A DNA stretch of 34,711 bases from Actinomycetota bacterium (GCA_041173945.1 JBEDHS010000037.1:1-34711), one strand, 5' to 3'. Shown: positions 1 through 9,092, counted from the first letter of the stretch. Numbers and translations: made by a program. The notes: generated by a model from the letters alone, not told the origin.

Positions 1-2
1 TC

Positions 3-191
3 ACCGAGATTCATATTCAACCCGCACTAGATACACCTGAAGTGCGTGCGCTCGGTGCCGATGCTGAAGGATGGATCGACGATTACGACTTCGTCACTCG
101 CAGTGACGAATTGAAATCTGCAATTGAAAAAAGTGGTGCAATCTTGATTGGATATCGCGCACTTAGGGACGCGATGCGAGCTGGCGAATAA
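3..191 (+). CDS. 3' end of an unidentified protein-coding gene (5'-truncated by window edge)
   Basis: Frame +3 is open from the window edge to TAA at 189-191. My translation is ...ALGADAEGWIDDYDFVTRSDELKSAIEKSGAILIGYRALRDAMRAGE*. It is absent from the ORF track because there is no in-window start codon. No family recognised. It overlaps the convergent ORF 163-390 by 29 nt. Confidence 0.3.
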   Translation, partial: TEIHIQPALDTPEVRALGADAEGWIDDYDFVTRSDELKSAIEKSGAILIGYRALRDAMRAGE

Positions 192-390
192 TTTTTTCCG
201 CCTCACCGGACCACAACGCTTCAAACAAACTGCGCGTGTTTCCTTCGGCTTTCAATTTGCCAGCCATAAAAGCAGTGGTTGGATTCATCGAGGCGTTTTT
301 CGCATCAATCCGCACAACAACATCCGCATTGTCAGGACCGTCCACCGCTTCGTCGTTTTTCTTGAACACAACCCGATACTGAACACTCAT
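163..390 (-). CDS. SCP2 sterol-binding-domain-like small protein
   Basis: 75 aa with an ATG start, beginning 6 nt downstream of the mca stop. The motif TAFMAGKLKAEGN resembles the SCP2 / MDMPI C-terminal domain signature (xxMxGKLKxxGd). Confidence 0.5.
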   Translation of the reverse strand: MSVQYRVVFKKNDEAVDGPDNADVVVRIDAKNASMNPTTAFMAGKLKAEGNTRSLFEALWSGEAEKIIRQLASRP

Positions 391-396
391 CTCGAA

Positions 397-1314
397 CTAC
401 TTTCGAATTCCGTAAAACAAATCGTCTTCGATATAGCCCTCGGGCAATGGATCGAGCGCGCTACGGGCCAAAATCCAGTCTTCCCACGGATACACCTTGG
501 CAAGTTCATCATCATCAAGGCCGAACCACCACTTTGATGACGGATCAATTTGTGTTGCATGGGCAAGAAGTGACTGTGTCCGTGCAGGAAGGTACTTGCC
601 GATATCTAACTTGGTGGTGATGCGGTGATCTTGTGATGGGCGCTTTAACCAGTTCTCGTCAAATGGTGATTCGCCGAATTTTTCGAGAAGTGCCGCATTG
701 ACAATTTCAATTCGTTGTTTAGCCCACAAGGTGTAGTACATCTTCGAGACTTGCCACGGCTCTCCCAAGTCGGGATACCACGCAGGGTCACCTGCGCGAT
801 CAAAGGCCAAAACGGAAATGTCATGCACGCGAAGGTGGTCGGGGTGCGGGTACCCGCGTTGATCATCGTTGTAGGTCAACACCACTTGCGGGCGATGTTG
901 ACGAATTAACTTCACGAGGCGACCTGTCGCTTCATCAATGTCTGCCATGTTGAAGCAATCGGGATTGTTGTTTGACTCTTCGCCCGCCATTCCCGAGTCG
1001 CGATAGCCCAACATGTGCACTGCAGTAAACCCAATTGCGTCGGTTGACTTCTTCAGTTCGCGTGGCCGAATCTCGGCAAGTAGTTCTCTCTCGCGCTCTG
1101 GCGTCACATTGTGAAACGGCTGACCAGGTTCGCGAAGCGCGGGGTTCTGAAGATCACCCTCTTCGCCTCCCGTGCAACACACCAATACGGTGGCTACTCC
1201 TTCGCGAAAATACCGCGCAACAGTGGGAGCACCTTTAGAGGCCTCGTCATCGGGGTGAGCATGCACCGTCATCAAACACAACGGCTCACCGGTTCGAGAA
1301 ACTTGTTCAGACAT
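397..1314 (-). CDS. mca: mycothiol S-conjugate amidase (LmbE/PIG-L deacetylase family)
   Basis: N-terminus LMTVHAHPDDEASKGAPTVARY...CCTGGEEGDLQNPAL and the zinc-ligand motif YPHPDH match the Mca/MshB family, and the N-terminus is Mca-like. I place the start at the in-frame ATG at 1314 (MSEQVSR...) rather than the track start at 1410. Confidence 0.85.
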   Translation of the reverse strand: MSEQVSRTGEPLCLMTVHAHPDDEASKGAPTVARYFREGVATVLVCCTGGEEGDLQNPALREPGQPFHNVTPERERELLAEIRPRELKKSTDAIGFTAVHMLGYRDSGMAGEESNNNPDCFNMADIDEATGRLVKLIRQHRPQVVLTYNDDQRGYPHPDHLRVHDISVLAFDRAGDPAWYPDLGEPWQVSKMYYTLWAKQRIEIVNAALLEKFGESPFDENWLKRPSQDHRITTKLDIGKYLPARTQSLLAHATQIDPSSKWWFGLDDDELAKVYPWEDWILARSALDPLPEGYIEDDLFYGIRK

Positions 1315-1322
1315 TGTCTGAC

Positions 1323-1328
1323 AGGTTA
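1323..1328 (-). promoter_or_regulatory. candidate -10 box (TAACCT) 8 nt upstream of the mca ATG, possibly a leaderless transcript
   Basis: Minus-strand TAACCT fits the actinobacterial TANNNT pattern, with 8 nt between the hexamer and the ATG at 1314. Confidence 0.25.
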
Positions 1329-1363
1329 GTGAGACGCGCCGATGCAACAACGATGTCTGTGCA

Positions 1364-1369
1364 TAGAGT
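1364..1369 (+). promoter_or_regulatory. candidate -10 box (TAGAGT) 7 nt upstream of the PEBP-lipoprotein ATG, possibly a leaderless transcript
   Basis: TAGAGT fits TANNNT. There are 7 nt between the hexamer and the ATG at 1377, and no Shine-Dalgarno sequence in between. Confidence 0.3.
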
Positions 1370-1376
1370 GTGACCA

Positions 1377-1970
1377 ATGATGCACTTGCCCACACGCACA
1401 TTGACTGCACTTGCGGTGCTTGCTGTGGTCACTGCGGCATGTTCCACAGACGATGGACGCCAAATGCAAAGACCGCTCACCACCGACGTCGCCACCATTG
1501 GGTCAACACCCAACACTCAGGCCACCGACAGTGGGTGGACCTTGACCGCACCATGGGAAGACGGTGCTGAAGTCAACGTGCGCTACACCTGTGATGGCGA
1601 GGGAGTGTCTCCACCGTTGGTGTGGACACCAGGTCCCGAGATGACTCGGGCCTACGGGGTGGTGCTAGCTGTGGCCGACGAACCAGAGACGATTCTGTGG
1701 GCAATGGCCGATATCCCCTCTCAGACGCGCAACTTGGTGGAAGGCCTCGCACCTGAAGGGGCGATCTCTGCAGTCAACTCTGGCGGCACGCTCGGTTACC
1801 AGCCTCCGTGTCCGAACGTCGAAGAATCTCAGGAGTTTGAATTGTCCGTGTACGCCCAGCAATTTCCCATTGAACTGCCCCAAGGATCTCCCGCAATCGA
1901 TGTTGCAGTTGCACTCGATAACGACGCACTCGAGATTGTGACAACGCGGTTTTCCTACCAACGTCGGTAA
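1377..1970 (+). CDS. YbhB/YbcL (PEBP, Raf-kinase-inhibitor-like) family protein, probable lipoprotein
   Basis: Signal peptide with a lipobox-like LAVVTAAC|S. The core YTCDGEGVSPPLVWTPGP...YGVVLAVADEPETILWAMADIP is typical of bacterial PEBP proteins. Confidence 0.8.
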   Translation: MMHLPTRTLTALAVLAVVTAACSTDDGRQMQRPLTTDVATIGSTPNTQATDSGWTLTAPWEDGAEVNVRYTCDGEGVSPPLVWTPGPEMTRAYGVVLAVADEPETILWAMADIPSQTRNLVEGLAPEGAISAVNSGGTLGYQPPCPNVEESQEFELSVYAQQFPIELPQGSPAIDVAVALDNDALEIVTTRFSYQRR

Positions 1971-2057
1971 AAAATAATTCGCCACACAGAGGGGTCATTC
2001 CACCGCACTGGGCGTTCAATCTGTGAGAATAGAGATATCGACGCATCACTTGCCTCC

Positions 2058-4106
2058 TTGCCTATTGGTGTCTTTGAAACAGATCTCAATTGCCGCGTGG
2101 TGTCTGCAAATGATGCATTCCGTTCTCTTGTTCTCGCTGGCGGACCTGTCGCACCGGGAATCGCACCATGGGCAAATGCGCTACCGCACGAACGTACTGA
2201 GTGTGAAAAACAATGGGCACAACGCGAGTCTCCACACGAACCTTTTCGCATTGAGTTTCGCATCGGACTACCCACGGGCGAATCAGCATGGATTGCGGTC
2301 ACAATTCAACCCACCCTCGTCGATGGCGTGTTAACGGGTTATCTCGGCACCGCACTCGATGTCACATCATCGACTGACCAACGTCAGCTCTCAGAACAAC
2401 TCGTCGCACTCCTTGACGTCTCTGGTGATGCAGTGGTTGTTTTTAACCGAGTGGGCGATGTTGTTTTTTCTAACGACACTGCTCATTCGCTGATTGGTGT
2501 CGCTCACCCTTCCACTCGCGATGATGTCGCATCCCGCACGTTTATGCAGGCGGTGCGCGATCAACTCCCCCGCCTTCTTCTCGACCCGGCTGCACCAACG
2601 GGTTCACCGAATAGATGGGATGGCGAAATCGGATTTCGTTCGCCAGATGGATTGGCTCGCGTGCTCCATGTAGTTGTCCAGGTGGTGCGCAATGCAGACG
2701 GCAGTATTCAACACTGGGCAACAATCAGCCGCGATATCACCGAACAACGTCAGGCCCAAGCCGAACTTGCGCGCCAAGCAACTCACGATGCACTGACCGG
2801 GTTACCCAACAGAGTTTTGTTCTTGCGCAAAACAACCGAAGCCCTCGAGCGAAGCAGAACCACCCATGCATCTGTCGGCGTGTTGTTCATCGACCTCGAC
2901 AAGTTAAAGCACGTCAATGACACCATCGGTCATGCCGTGGGCGATCAACTGATTGTGACTATTGCGCGCAGACTTGCCGCCGCTACTCGCCCGAGCGATC
3001 TTGTCGCACGAATCAGTGGCGATGAATTTGTTGTTTTGTGCGAAGGCCTTTTGGATGAACACGTCGCAATCGACGTTGCCGAACGCATTCGAACCGCAAT
3101 CACCGGGCCCTTGGTGCTGCAAGGAGTGGAAATTGAAGCGGGCGCAAGCATCGGAGTAGCGATGTCGACTCCGGATTTGATGACATCACAATCTGCTGCA
3201 GACGCTGCAGTCACATTGCTGCGATCAGCAGACACTGCGATGTACAAAGCAAAACAGCGTGGCCGTGGACGAAGTGAGCTGTACAGCGAAGAAATGCGGC
3301 GTGCCGCACAAGACCGACACACCTTGTCATCGGAATTAGAACAAGCCTTGGCCGCCAACCAATTCAGTGTTGTGTATCAGCCAATCGAATCAGCGCACAC
3401 CGGTCGCATCGTTGCCGCTGAAGCATTGTTGCGATGGAACCACCCAACGCGCGGACTTCTCGCACCGGGCGCATTCTTAGAACTCGCAGATGAATCGGGA
3501 CTCATCGCACCGATCGGCGATTGGGTTCTCGAACAAGGTGCAGCGACGGTGTCGGGATGGGTGCAACAAGGTCTGGTCGAGACAACGACGGCACTGCATG
3601 TCAATGCATCGCGACGCCAACTCTCTGACATCACATTCGTCGATCGTACGATGACAATTCTGCGCACCCACAACATTGAGCCCAGCCAATTAGTGCTGGA
3701 GACATCTGAATCGAATTTGGTTGAGAACAATCCATCTGTCTTGCGCACCGTCAATGCACTCAAGCGTCAAGGAGTCAAGATCGCAGTCGACGATTTTGGA
3801 TCGGGATATTCATCTCTTGCCTCACTGCGCACATTCCCCGCCGACATCTTGAAACTGGACGGCACCTTGGTGCGCGATGTCGGCCGCACAGACGGTGGCG
3901 ACGACCCGATGGTGCGTTCGCTCATTCAATTGGCGCATTCACTGAATTTGACAGTGTGTGCCGAATGGGTGACGACCGAAGACCACATCCAACGCCTCAA
4001 AGTATTGGGATGTGACCTTCTCCAAGGCAATCGCGTTGGAGAAGCAGTCGATGCAGAAAGTTTCGCCGCGAAAATTCGTCGCCAATCAAACGCGCGTCAG
4101 CAATAA
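2058..4106 (+). CDS. PAS-PAS-GGDEF-EAL signalling protein (diguanylate cyclase / c-di-GMP phosphodiesterase)
   Basis: GGDEF-domain features: ALTGLPNR, DLDKLKHVND, an SGDEF motif (3015-3029) and an RPSD I-site (2988-2999). EAL-domain features: YQPI, EALLRW (3420-3428), DDFGSGYSSL and KLDG. The start is TTG at 2058, the first start codon after an in-frame stop at 1968-1970, so the start is uncertain. Confidence 0.9.
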   Translation: MPIGVFETDLNCRVVSANDAFRSLVLAGGPVAPGIAPWANALPHERTECEKQWAQRESPHEPFRIEFRIGLPTGESAWIAVTIQPTLVDGVLTGYLGTALDVTSSTDQRQLSEQLVALLDVSGDAVVVFNRVGDVVFSNDTAHSLIGVAHPSTRDDVASRTFMQAVRDQLPRLLLDPAAPTGSPNRWDGEIGFRSPDGLARVLHVVVQVVRNADGSIQHWATISRDITEQRQAQAELARQATHDALTGLPNRVLFLRKTTEALERSRTTHASVGVLFIDLDKLKHVNDTIGHAVGDQLIVTIARRLAAATRPSDLVARISGDEFVVLCEGLLDEHVAIDVAERIRTAITGPLVLQGVEIEAGASIGVAMSTPDLMTSQSAADAAVTLLRSADTAMYKAKQRGRGRSELYSEEMRRAAQDRHTLSSELEQALAANQFSVVYQPIESAHTGRIVAAEALLRWNHPTRGLLAPGAFLELADESGLIAPIGDWVLEQGAATVSGWVQQGLVETTTALHVNASRRQLSDITFVDRTMTILRTHNIEPSQLVLETSESNLVENNPSVLRTVNALKRQGVKIAVDDFGSGYSSLASLRTFPADILKLDGTLVRDVGRTDGGDDPMVRSLIQLAHSLNLTVCAEWVTTEDHIQRLKVLGCDLLQGNRVGEAVDAESFAAKIRRQSNARQQ

Positions 4107-4116
4107 CAATTTTTCT

Positions 4117-5136
4117 TTACGGCTGTTCCGGCTTGGGGCCCAGTCCTGCAAAGTACGCGAGCAATGAGGTTGATTCGCGTGCAAGTCGAAACGTGAAGAC
4201 GTCGTTCACCATCTCTGAGTCGACAGGAAGTGCATACGACATCGTCTCAGAATCCGCCAATGCGCGCATCTTCTGCCCCATCTTCAACACGTCAAATTCG
4301 CTGTTCACAGTCATGGCAGATGTTGCAGCGTCAATCACGCGATGTGTCTGCATGGGGTTCTCCGCCAAATATTGAGCCGCCTGTTTAGCCAACGTGGTGA
4401 TGAAAGCGCGTTGGCGCTCTCCGCGACCAGTATCGCCGGTGCGATCCATCACCCAATTGCCGTCAATCTTTTCCTCAAAGTATCGAGAACGTGCATACGA
4501 CAGTGCATCTGGACCATCGAGCAACTTGCATCCTGCGCGGCCGATGAAAAATCCTGTCGCTTTGTCACGTGATGGATGTTCAACACAGACATTCACTCCC
4601 CCAATTGCATCAACGATTGCCTTGAAGCCTTGGAAATTAATTTCGACGTAATGGTGAATGGGAATGTTCAGTGCTCGTTGAATTGTCCGCACCAAAATTT
4701 GAGCGCCTTCACTGTACGTCGCATTAACTTTCGCAAATCGTTCTGAATTTCCGATCTTGACGCGCAGGTCTCGTGGAATTGACATCAGCGAAATTTCTCC
4801 ACTGCGACGATCAATACGTGCAACGATCAGTGTGTCTGCACGCATCCCCGGTGTTGCTTCTTCAGAGCCTGTCGACAAATAATCGGCATCGTTAGGATCT
4901 GCACCCGCGCGAGAGTCCGACCCAACCAGCAAGACATTTTCGACTTCTTCAGACGGCGGCGACAAGGCCTCAGCCACAATCACATTTCGCGCGATCTTGT
5001 CCAACTGCCCATTGGCTGCTTGCACGATTCCTAATGCTCCTGCCAACGAAACCACGAGTGCCACAGCAACAATCCACATCCACCGCGGCGCACCGGTGAC
5101 ACGCGAAATGTTTCGGTCAGCAAACACGCCTACCAC
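4117..5136 (-). CDS. LCP (LytR-CpsA-Psr) family cell-wall glycopolymer ligase
   Basis: N-terminal TM anchor followed by LLVGSDSRAG...RADTLIVARIDRRSGEISLMSIPRDL...INFQGFKAIVDAIGGV. GTG start, 5 nt downstream of the birA stop. Confidence 0.9.
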   Translation of the reverse strand: MVGVFADRNISRVTGAPRWMWIVAVALVVSLAGALGIVQAANGQLDKIARNVIVAEALSPPSEEVENVLLVGSDSRAGADPNDADYLSTGSEEATPGMRADTLIVARIDRRSGEISLMSIPRDLRVKIGNSERFAKVNATYSEGAQILVRTIQRALNIPIHHYVEINFQGFKAIVDAIGGVNVCVEHPSRDKATGFFIGRAGCKLLDGPDALSYARSRYFEEKIDGNWVMDRTGDTGRGERQRAFITTLAKQAAQYLAENPMQTHRVIDAATSAMTVNSEFDVLKMGQKMRALADSETMSYALPVDSEMVNDVFTFRLARESTSLLAYFAGLGPKPEQP

Positions 5137-5141
5137 GGTAG

Positions 5142-5891
5142 TCAGTCATCGACTGATCGAAGGTGCACCACATCTGCTGTATCAATTCGATGAGTGTGAC
5201 CACAATCATCAAGTACAACTAAACGACCGTCCTGTTCAACAGAAATTGCACGACCCACAATTTCTTGGTCGTGTGGCATCTCTGCACGAACTCGCACACC
5301 CAATGTTCCTAATTGGTTCACATATCGCTGATGCAAATCTTCAACAGACAATGCGAGCAATCCATCGAGGATTGGCAACATCAACAACAAAAATTCATCC
5401 GGTGTGACAGTGTGTGTCCATCCACTTGCCGATAACGACGTCGCACCTGGTGGTGCCCAACCAATGTTCAACCCGAGTCCGACGACAACAAATGGAGTCA
5501 CTCCGTCGGGCGATGTGGGGGCTGCTTGAGCCAAGATTCCCGCCACTTTTTCCTGACCCACCAACAAATCGTTTGGCCATTTCATCACCACGTCCACTCC
5601 ACACACGTCGCGTGCCACCGTGGCAGCCGCCAATGCCACAGCCTGCGTGAGAACGTGCATTTGTTCAGGCACATCTCGCAGCAAAATCGACACCAGTAAA
5701 TTCGCGCCAGCAGGAGCCTCCCATGAGCGATCGAGGCGCCCTCTGCCCGCAGATTGGAAGTCAGCACGTAAAACACTGCGATCTGGGGCCCCATTTGCCC
5801 CTTCAGCCAACAAATCGGCGTTGGTGCTTCCGGTCTCTGGAATCCGCCGAATATGCCAGTTTTCAGATTGGTTCGTGTTTTTGTCTCTCAT
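5142..5891 (-). CDS. birA: biotin--[acetyl-CoA-carboxylase] ligase, class I (no N-terminal HTH)
   Basis: IPETGSTNADL, the GRGRLDRSWEAP motif and KWPNDLL. I place the start at the in-frame ATG at 5891 (MRDKNTN...). The track extension to 5993 would overlap accA. Confidence 0.85.
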   Translation of the reverse strand: MRDKNTNQSENWHIRRIPETGSTNADLLAEGANGAPDRSVLRADFQSAGRGRLDRSWEAPAGANLLVSILLRDVPEQMHVLTQAVALAAATVARDVCGVDVVMKWPNDLLVGQEKVAGILAQAAPTSPDGVTPFVVVGLGLNIGWAPPGATSLSASGWTHTVTPDEFLLLMLPILDGLLALSVEDLHQRYVNQLGTLGVRVRAEMPHDQEIVGRAISVEQDGRLVVLDDCGHTHRIDTADVVHLRSVDD

Positions 5892-5910
5892 CAAGGCAAT
5901 ATTGACACCT

Positions 5911-7677
5911 GTGCTGAAAAAAATCCTGATTGCCAACCGCGGCGAAATTGCCGTCCGCGTTATCCGTGCCGCTCGAGAGATGGGGATCGCCACTGTCGCG
6001 GTCTATTCCGAACTCGACCGTAACGCCCTCCACGTCCGTCTGGCCGATGAGGCATACGCCTTAGGCGGACAAACAGCAGCCGAGAGTTACATCAATACCG
6101 AAGCGATTCTGAAGGCAATCAAGGACAGCGGAGCTGACGCGGTGCACCCTGGCTACGGCTTCTTCAGCGAGAACGCAGACTTCGCGCGAGCCATCACCGA
6201 AATGGGCGTCGAATTCATCGGGCCACCACCGGCAGCCATCGATGAAATGGGCGACAAGGTATCGAGCCGTAAAGCAGCACTTCGAGGCGGCGCACCGATT
6301 GTTCCTGGCACAACAGAATTTGTGACGTCGGCGAAAGAGATCACCGACTTTGGAAACGAATTCGGATGGCCGATCGCAATCAAAGCTGCCTACGGCGGCG
6401 GTGGACGCGGAATGAAAGTGGTGCATTCAGCTGCAGAAGTTCAAGATGCGATGGACTCTGCACAGCGCGAGGCGAAGAACTTCTTTGGACGCGATGAAAT
6501 TTATGTAGAGCGCTACCTCACCTGGCCACGACACATCGAAGTGCAGTTGGTTGGCGACAAACACGGCAATGTCGTATGGGTCTCCACTCGCGACTGTTCC
6601 GCACAACGTCGTCACCAAAAACTGATTGAAGAAGCACCTGCACCTGGTTTGCCTGACGGTGTTGAAGAAGCAATGGGTGCAGCCGCAGTCAAAGCGGCAC
6701 GAGCTGTTGGTTACTACAACGCGGGAACAGTGGAATTCATTTATCAAGACGGCGACTTCTTCTTCTTGGAGATGAACACCCGCTTGCAAGTGGAACACCC
6801 CGTCACCGAAGTCATCACTGGCATCGATCTGGTCGAATGGCAAATTCGCGTTGCCGCTGGCGAGACCTTGCCAATGACTCAAGAAGAAGTGCGTGCGCGT
6901 CAAAGCGGTGCCGCTATTGAAATTCGTATCAATGCAGAAAATCCCGCTGGCGGCAAGTTCTTGCCCTCACCTGGACCCATCACAAAATTGGTTGCACCAG
7001 ATGGATTCGGTGTGCGCTTTGATGGCGGATACGAATCTGGCGATGAAATCAGCCAGTACTACGACAACTTGGTTGGCAAGTTGATTGTGTGGGGCAAAGA
7101 TCGCCCGACTGCAATCGCACGAACGTTGCGTTGTTTGAAAGAAATGGTTGTTGAAGGAGTCGCCACAACAATTCCGGCCGACATCGCAATTCTGGAACAT
7201 CCAGACTTCGCCGCTGTCACTCATTCAACGAAGTGGGTCGAAGAAGTTCTCGATTTGTCACACATCGGCGCAACCCCTGCCGGTGCTCCAGCAACTGATG
7301 ACTCCACTCCGCTTGTGCAACGACAGACCACTGTCGAAGTCAATGGACGTCGTTTCGACGTGAAGTTGTGGGTGCCCGAGTCTGCTGGTGTTGCAGCAAG
7401 TGCACCTGCAAAGAAGAAAGCTGCACGCTCTGCGTCAGCGGCGGGTGGAGCAGGTGGTGGCGGCAACGGCCAAGTCACCGTGCCAATGCAAGGCACCATC
7501 GTCAAGGTGCTCGTTGAAGTCGGTCAAAGCGTTGAAGCTGGTCAAAGTGTCGTGGTGCTAGAAGCCATGAAAATGGAAAACCAGATTGAAGCCGACAAGA
7601 GCGGAACGGTGAAGGCAATCAATGTCTCCCCCGGCGACACCGTGGGTGCCGGCGACATTGTCGTTGTCATCGAATAA
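5911..7677 (+). CDS. accA: acetyl/propionyl-CoA carboxylase alpha subunit (biotin carboxylase + BCCP domain)
   Basis: VLKKILIANRGEIAVRVIRAAREMG N-terminus (GTG at 5911), an ATP-grasp core, and a C-terminal biotinyl-lysine motif EAMKMEN. The 5620-5910 part of the track ORF runs antisense to birA and is discarded. Confidence 0.9.
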   Translation: MLKKILIANRGEIAVRVIRAAREMGIATVAVYSELDRNALHVRLADEAYALGGQTAAESYINTEAILKAIKDSGADAVHPGYGFFSENADFARAITEMGVEFIGPPPAAIDEMGDKVSSRKAALRGGAPIVPGTTEFVTSAKEITDFGNEFGWPIAIKAAYGGGGRGMKVVHSAAEVQDAMDSAQREAKNFFGRDEIYVERYLTWPRHIEVQLVGDKHGNVVWVSTRDCSAQRRHQKLIEEAPAPGLPDGVEEAMGAAAVKAARAVGYYNAGTVEFIYQDGDFFFLEMNTRLQVEHPVTEVITGIDLVEWQIRVAAGETLPMTQEEVRARQSGAAIEIRINAENPAGGKFLPSPGPITKLVAPDGFGVRFDGGYESGDEISQYYDNLVGKLIVWGKDRPTAIARTLRCLKEMVVEGVATTIPADIAILEHPDFAAVTHSTKWVEEVLDLSHIGATPAGAPATDDSTPLVQRQTTVEVNGRRFDVKLWVPESAGVAASAPAKKKAARSASAAGGAGGGGNGQVTVPMQGTIVKVLVEVGQSVEAGQSVVVLEAMKMENQIEADKSGTVKAINVSPGDTVGAGDIVVVIE

Positions 7678-7690
7678 CAACGACGAACGT

Positions 7691-9058
7691 CTAGTCGGCT
7701 GCTTCAGACAGTGCTTCAGCGAGTGCTGGGTGCACGAGAAGTGATTCTTCGATGTCTGTGACTTTCAGATTCGCCGTCACGGCAAGTGCAATCACACTGA
7801 TCAATTCGGCCGCATGACGACCAACTATTGATCCACCAAGTACTTCACCAGTGGCAGGATCACTGATGATCTTGACGAAACCGCGAGAGTCGTTGTTGAT
7901 GAGAGCTTTTGCCGTTGACGCAAACGGAACCTTTGTAACACGAATCTTGCGACCAGACGCGAATGCTTCCGCTTCTGCCAAACCCACGTCAGCAATTTCT
8001 GGCTCAGTGAAAATTGCTGATGCTGCTTTGTCGTAATCGAGATGTCGATGAGGCCCCTTGGGTCCACCCACCACTTGTTCGGCCACTTTTCGCCCTTGCA
8101 TTGACGCAACCGACGACAACGGAAGTTTTCCGCTGACGTCACCTGCTGCATAAATATTTTCGACACTGCTTTGACAATGACAGTTAATCACGATGTAGCC
8201 ACCATCGGTTTCAACACCCACATGTTCCAAACCAAGGTTTTCGGTGTTTGGAAGTGAACCAATCGCAAGCACGGCGTGTGTCGTCTCAGAGACACGTCCG
8301 TCATCACAGACGACGCGAACACCAGATTCTGTGCGCTCGATCGCGACTGCGCGCGCACCTTTAAACAAACGAACCCCACGAGCCAAGAAGGTGTCTTCCA
8401 ACACCGCTGCAACCTCGGGGTCTTTACCGGGCAACACTTGCTGTCGACTGACAACCAACGTCACTTTGGATCCGAAAGATTCAAACATGTGCGCAAATTC
8501 AACACCGGTGACGCCAGAGCCAATGATTGTGACGCTCTCAGGAAAAATTCGAGGCGGATAACAATCGCGTGTCGTCAAAATGCGATCACCGTCGGGTTGC
8601 ACAAAGTCGGGAATTCGAGGACGACTTCCCGTCGAAATCAAGATGTCGTCGGTGTCAAGAATTTCTTCTGACCCATCTGCACACACCACACGTACGTGAT
8701 GAGCATCAACCAACGATGCCGTACCGCGCAGAATGCGCACACCTTGGCTCTCCAGTAACGCCTCGACATCACCAGACAATTTGTTCTTGATGCCCTCAAT
8801 GCGATTGGTCAACGCGTCAACATCGACTTCTGCATCTCGGTTTTCCAGTCCCATTCCGCTGAGACCTTCGGTGAAGCTGACAGCACTTCCTGTGGCGATC
8901 ATCGTCTTTGACGGCACACAATCCAGAAGGTGTGCCGCACCACCGAGAATTTCACGCTCGACAATGGTGACAGTGACCCCTTTACGGGCTGCCAGACTGG
9001 CCGCCGCATGTCCGGCGGGGCCACCCCCGATTACGACCAGACGCTTATTGATATTCAC
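7691..9058 (-). CDS. flavoprotein disulfide-reductase-family NAD(P)H dehydrogenase (LpdA/Rv3303c-like, lacking the first redox Cys)
   Basis: VVIGGGPAGHAAA FAD-binding fold. GGAAHLLDCVPSK sits in place of the canonical GGTCLNxGCIPSK, and VHPALAE lies near the C-terminus. GTG start. Confidence 0.85.
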   Translation of the reverse strand: MNINKRLVVIGGGPAGHAAASLAARKGVTVTIVEREILGGAAHLLDCVPSKTMIATGSAVSFTEGLSGMGLENRDAEVDVDALTNRIEGIKNKLSGDVEALLESQGVRILRGTASLVDAHHVRVVCADGSEEILDTDDILISTGSRPRIPDFVQPDGDRILTTRDCYPPRIFPESVTIIGSGVTGVEFAHMFESFGSKVTLVVSRQQVLPGKDPEVAAVLEDTFLARGVRLFKGARAVAIERTESGVRVVCDDGRVSETTHAVLAIGSLPNTENLGLEHVGVETDGGYIVINCHCQSSVENIYAAGDVSGKLPLSSVASMQGRKVAEQVVGGPKGPHRHLDYDKAASAIFTEPEIADVGLAEAEAFASGRKIRVTKVPFASTAKALINNDSRGFVKIISDPATGEVLGGSIVGRHAAELISVIALAVTANLKVTDIEESLLVHPALAEALSEAAD

Positions 9059-9092
9059 AAATTGTGAGGCTATCGGCGACCGCCAGTTGACG

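Noticed and set aside
27-537. ORFs 27-224(-) and 148-537(+) at the left edge.
   Set aside because: Both overlap the better-supported SCP2-like ORF, mca, or the open +3 frame ending at 191. Their translations are unrecognisable.
5620-5910. N-terminal extensions in the ORF track: accA from 5620, lysS from 8733, the aldolase from 14067, mca to 1410, birA to 5993, MCM to 13827, the sirtuin to 23388, and the SpoIID fusion from 15976.
   Set aside because: The extensions overlap neighbouring genes on the opposite or same strand and have no homology-like sequence. Some use TTG. Internal ATG/GTG codons give N-termini that match the expected family starts.
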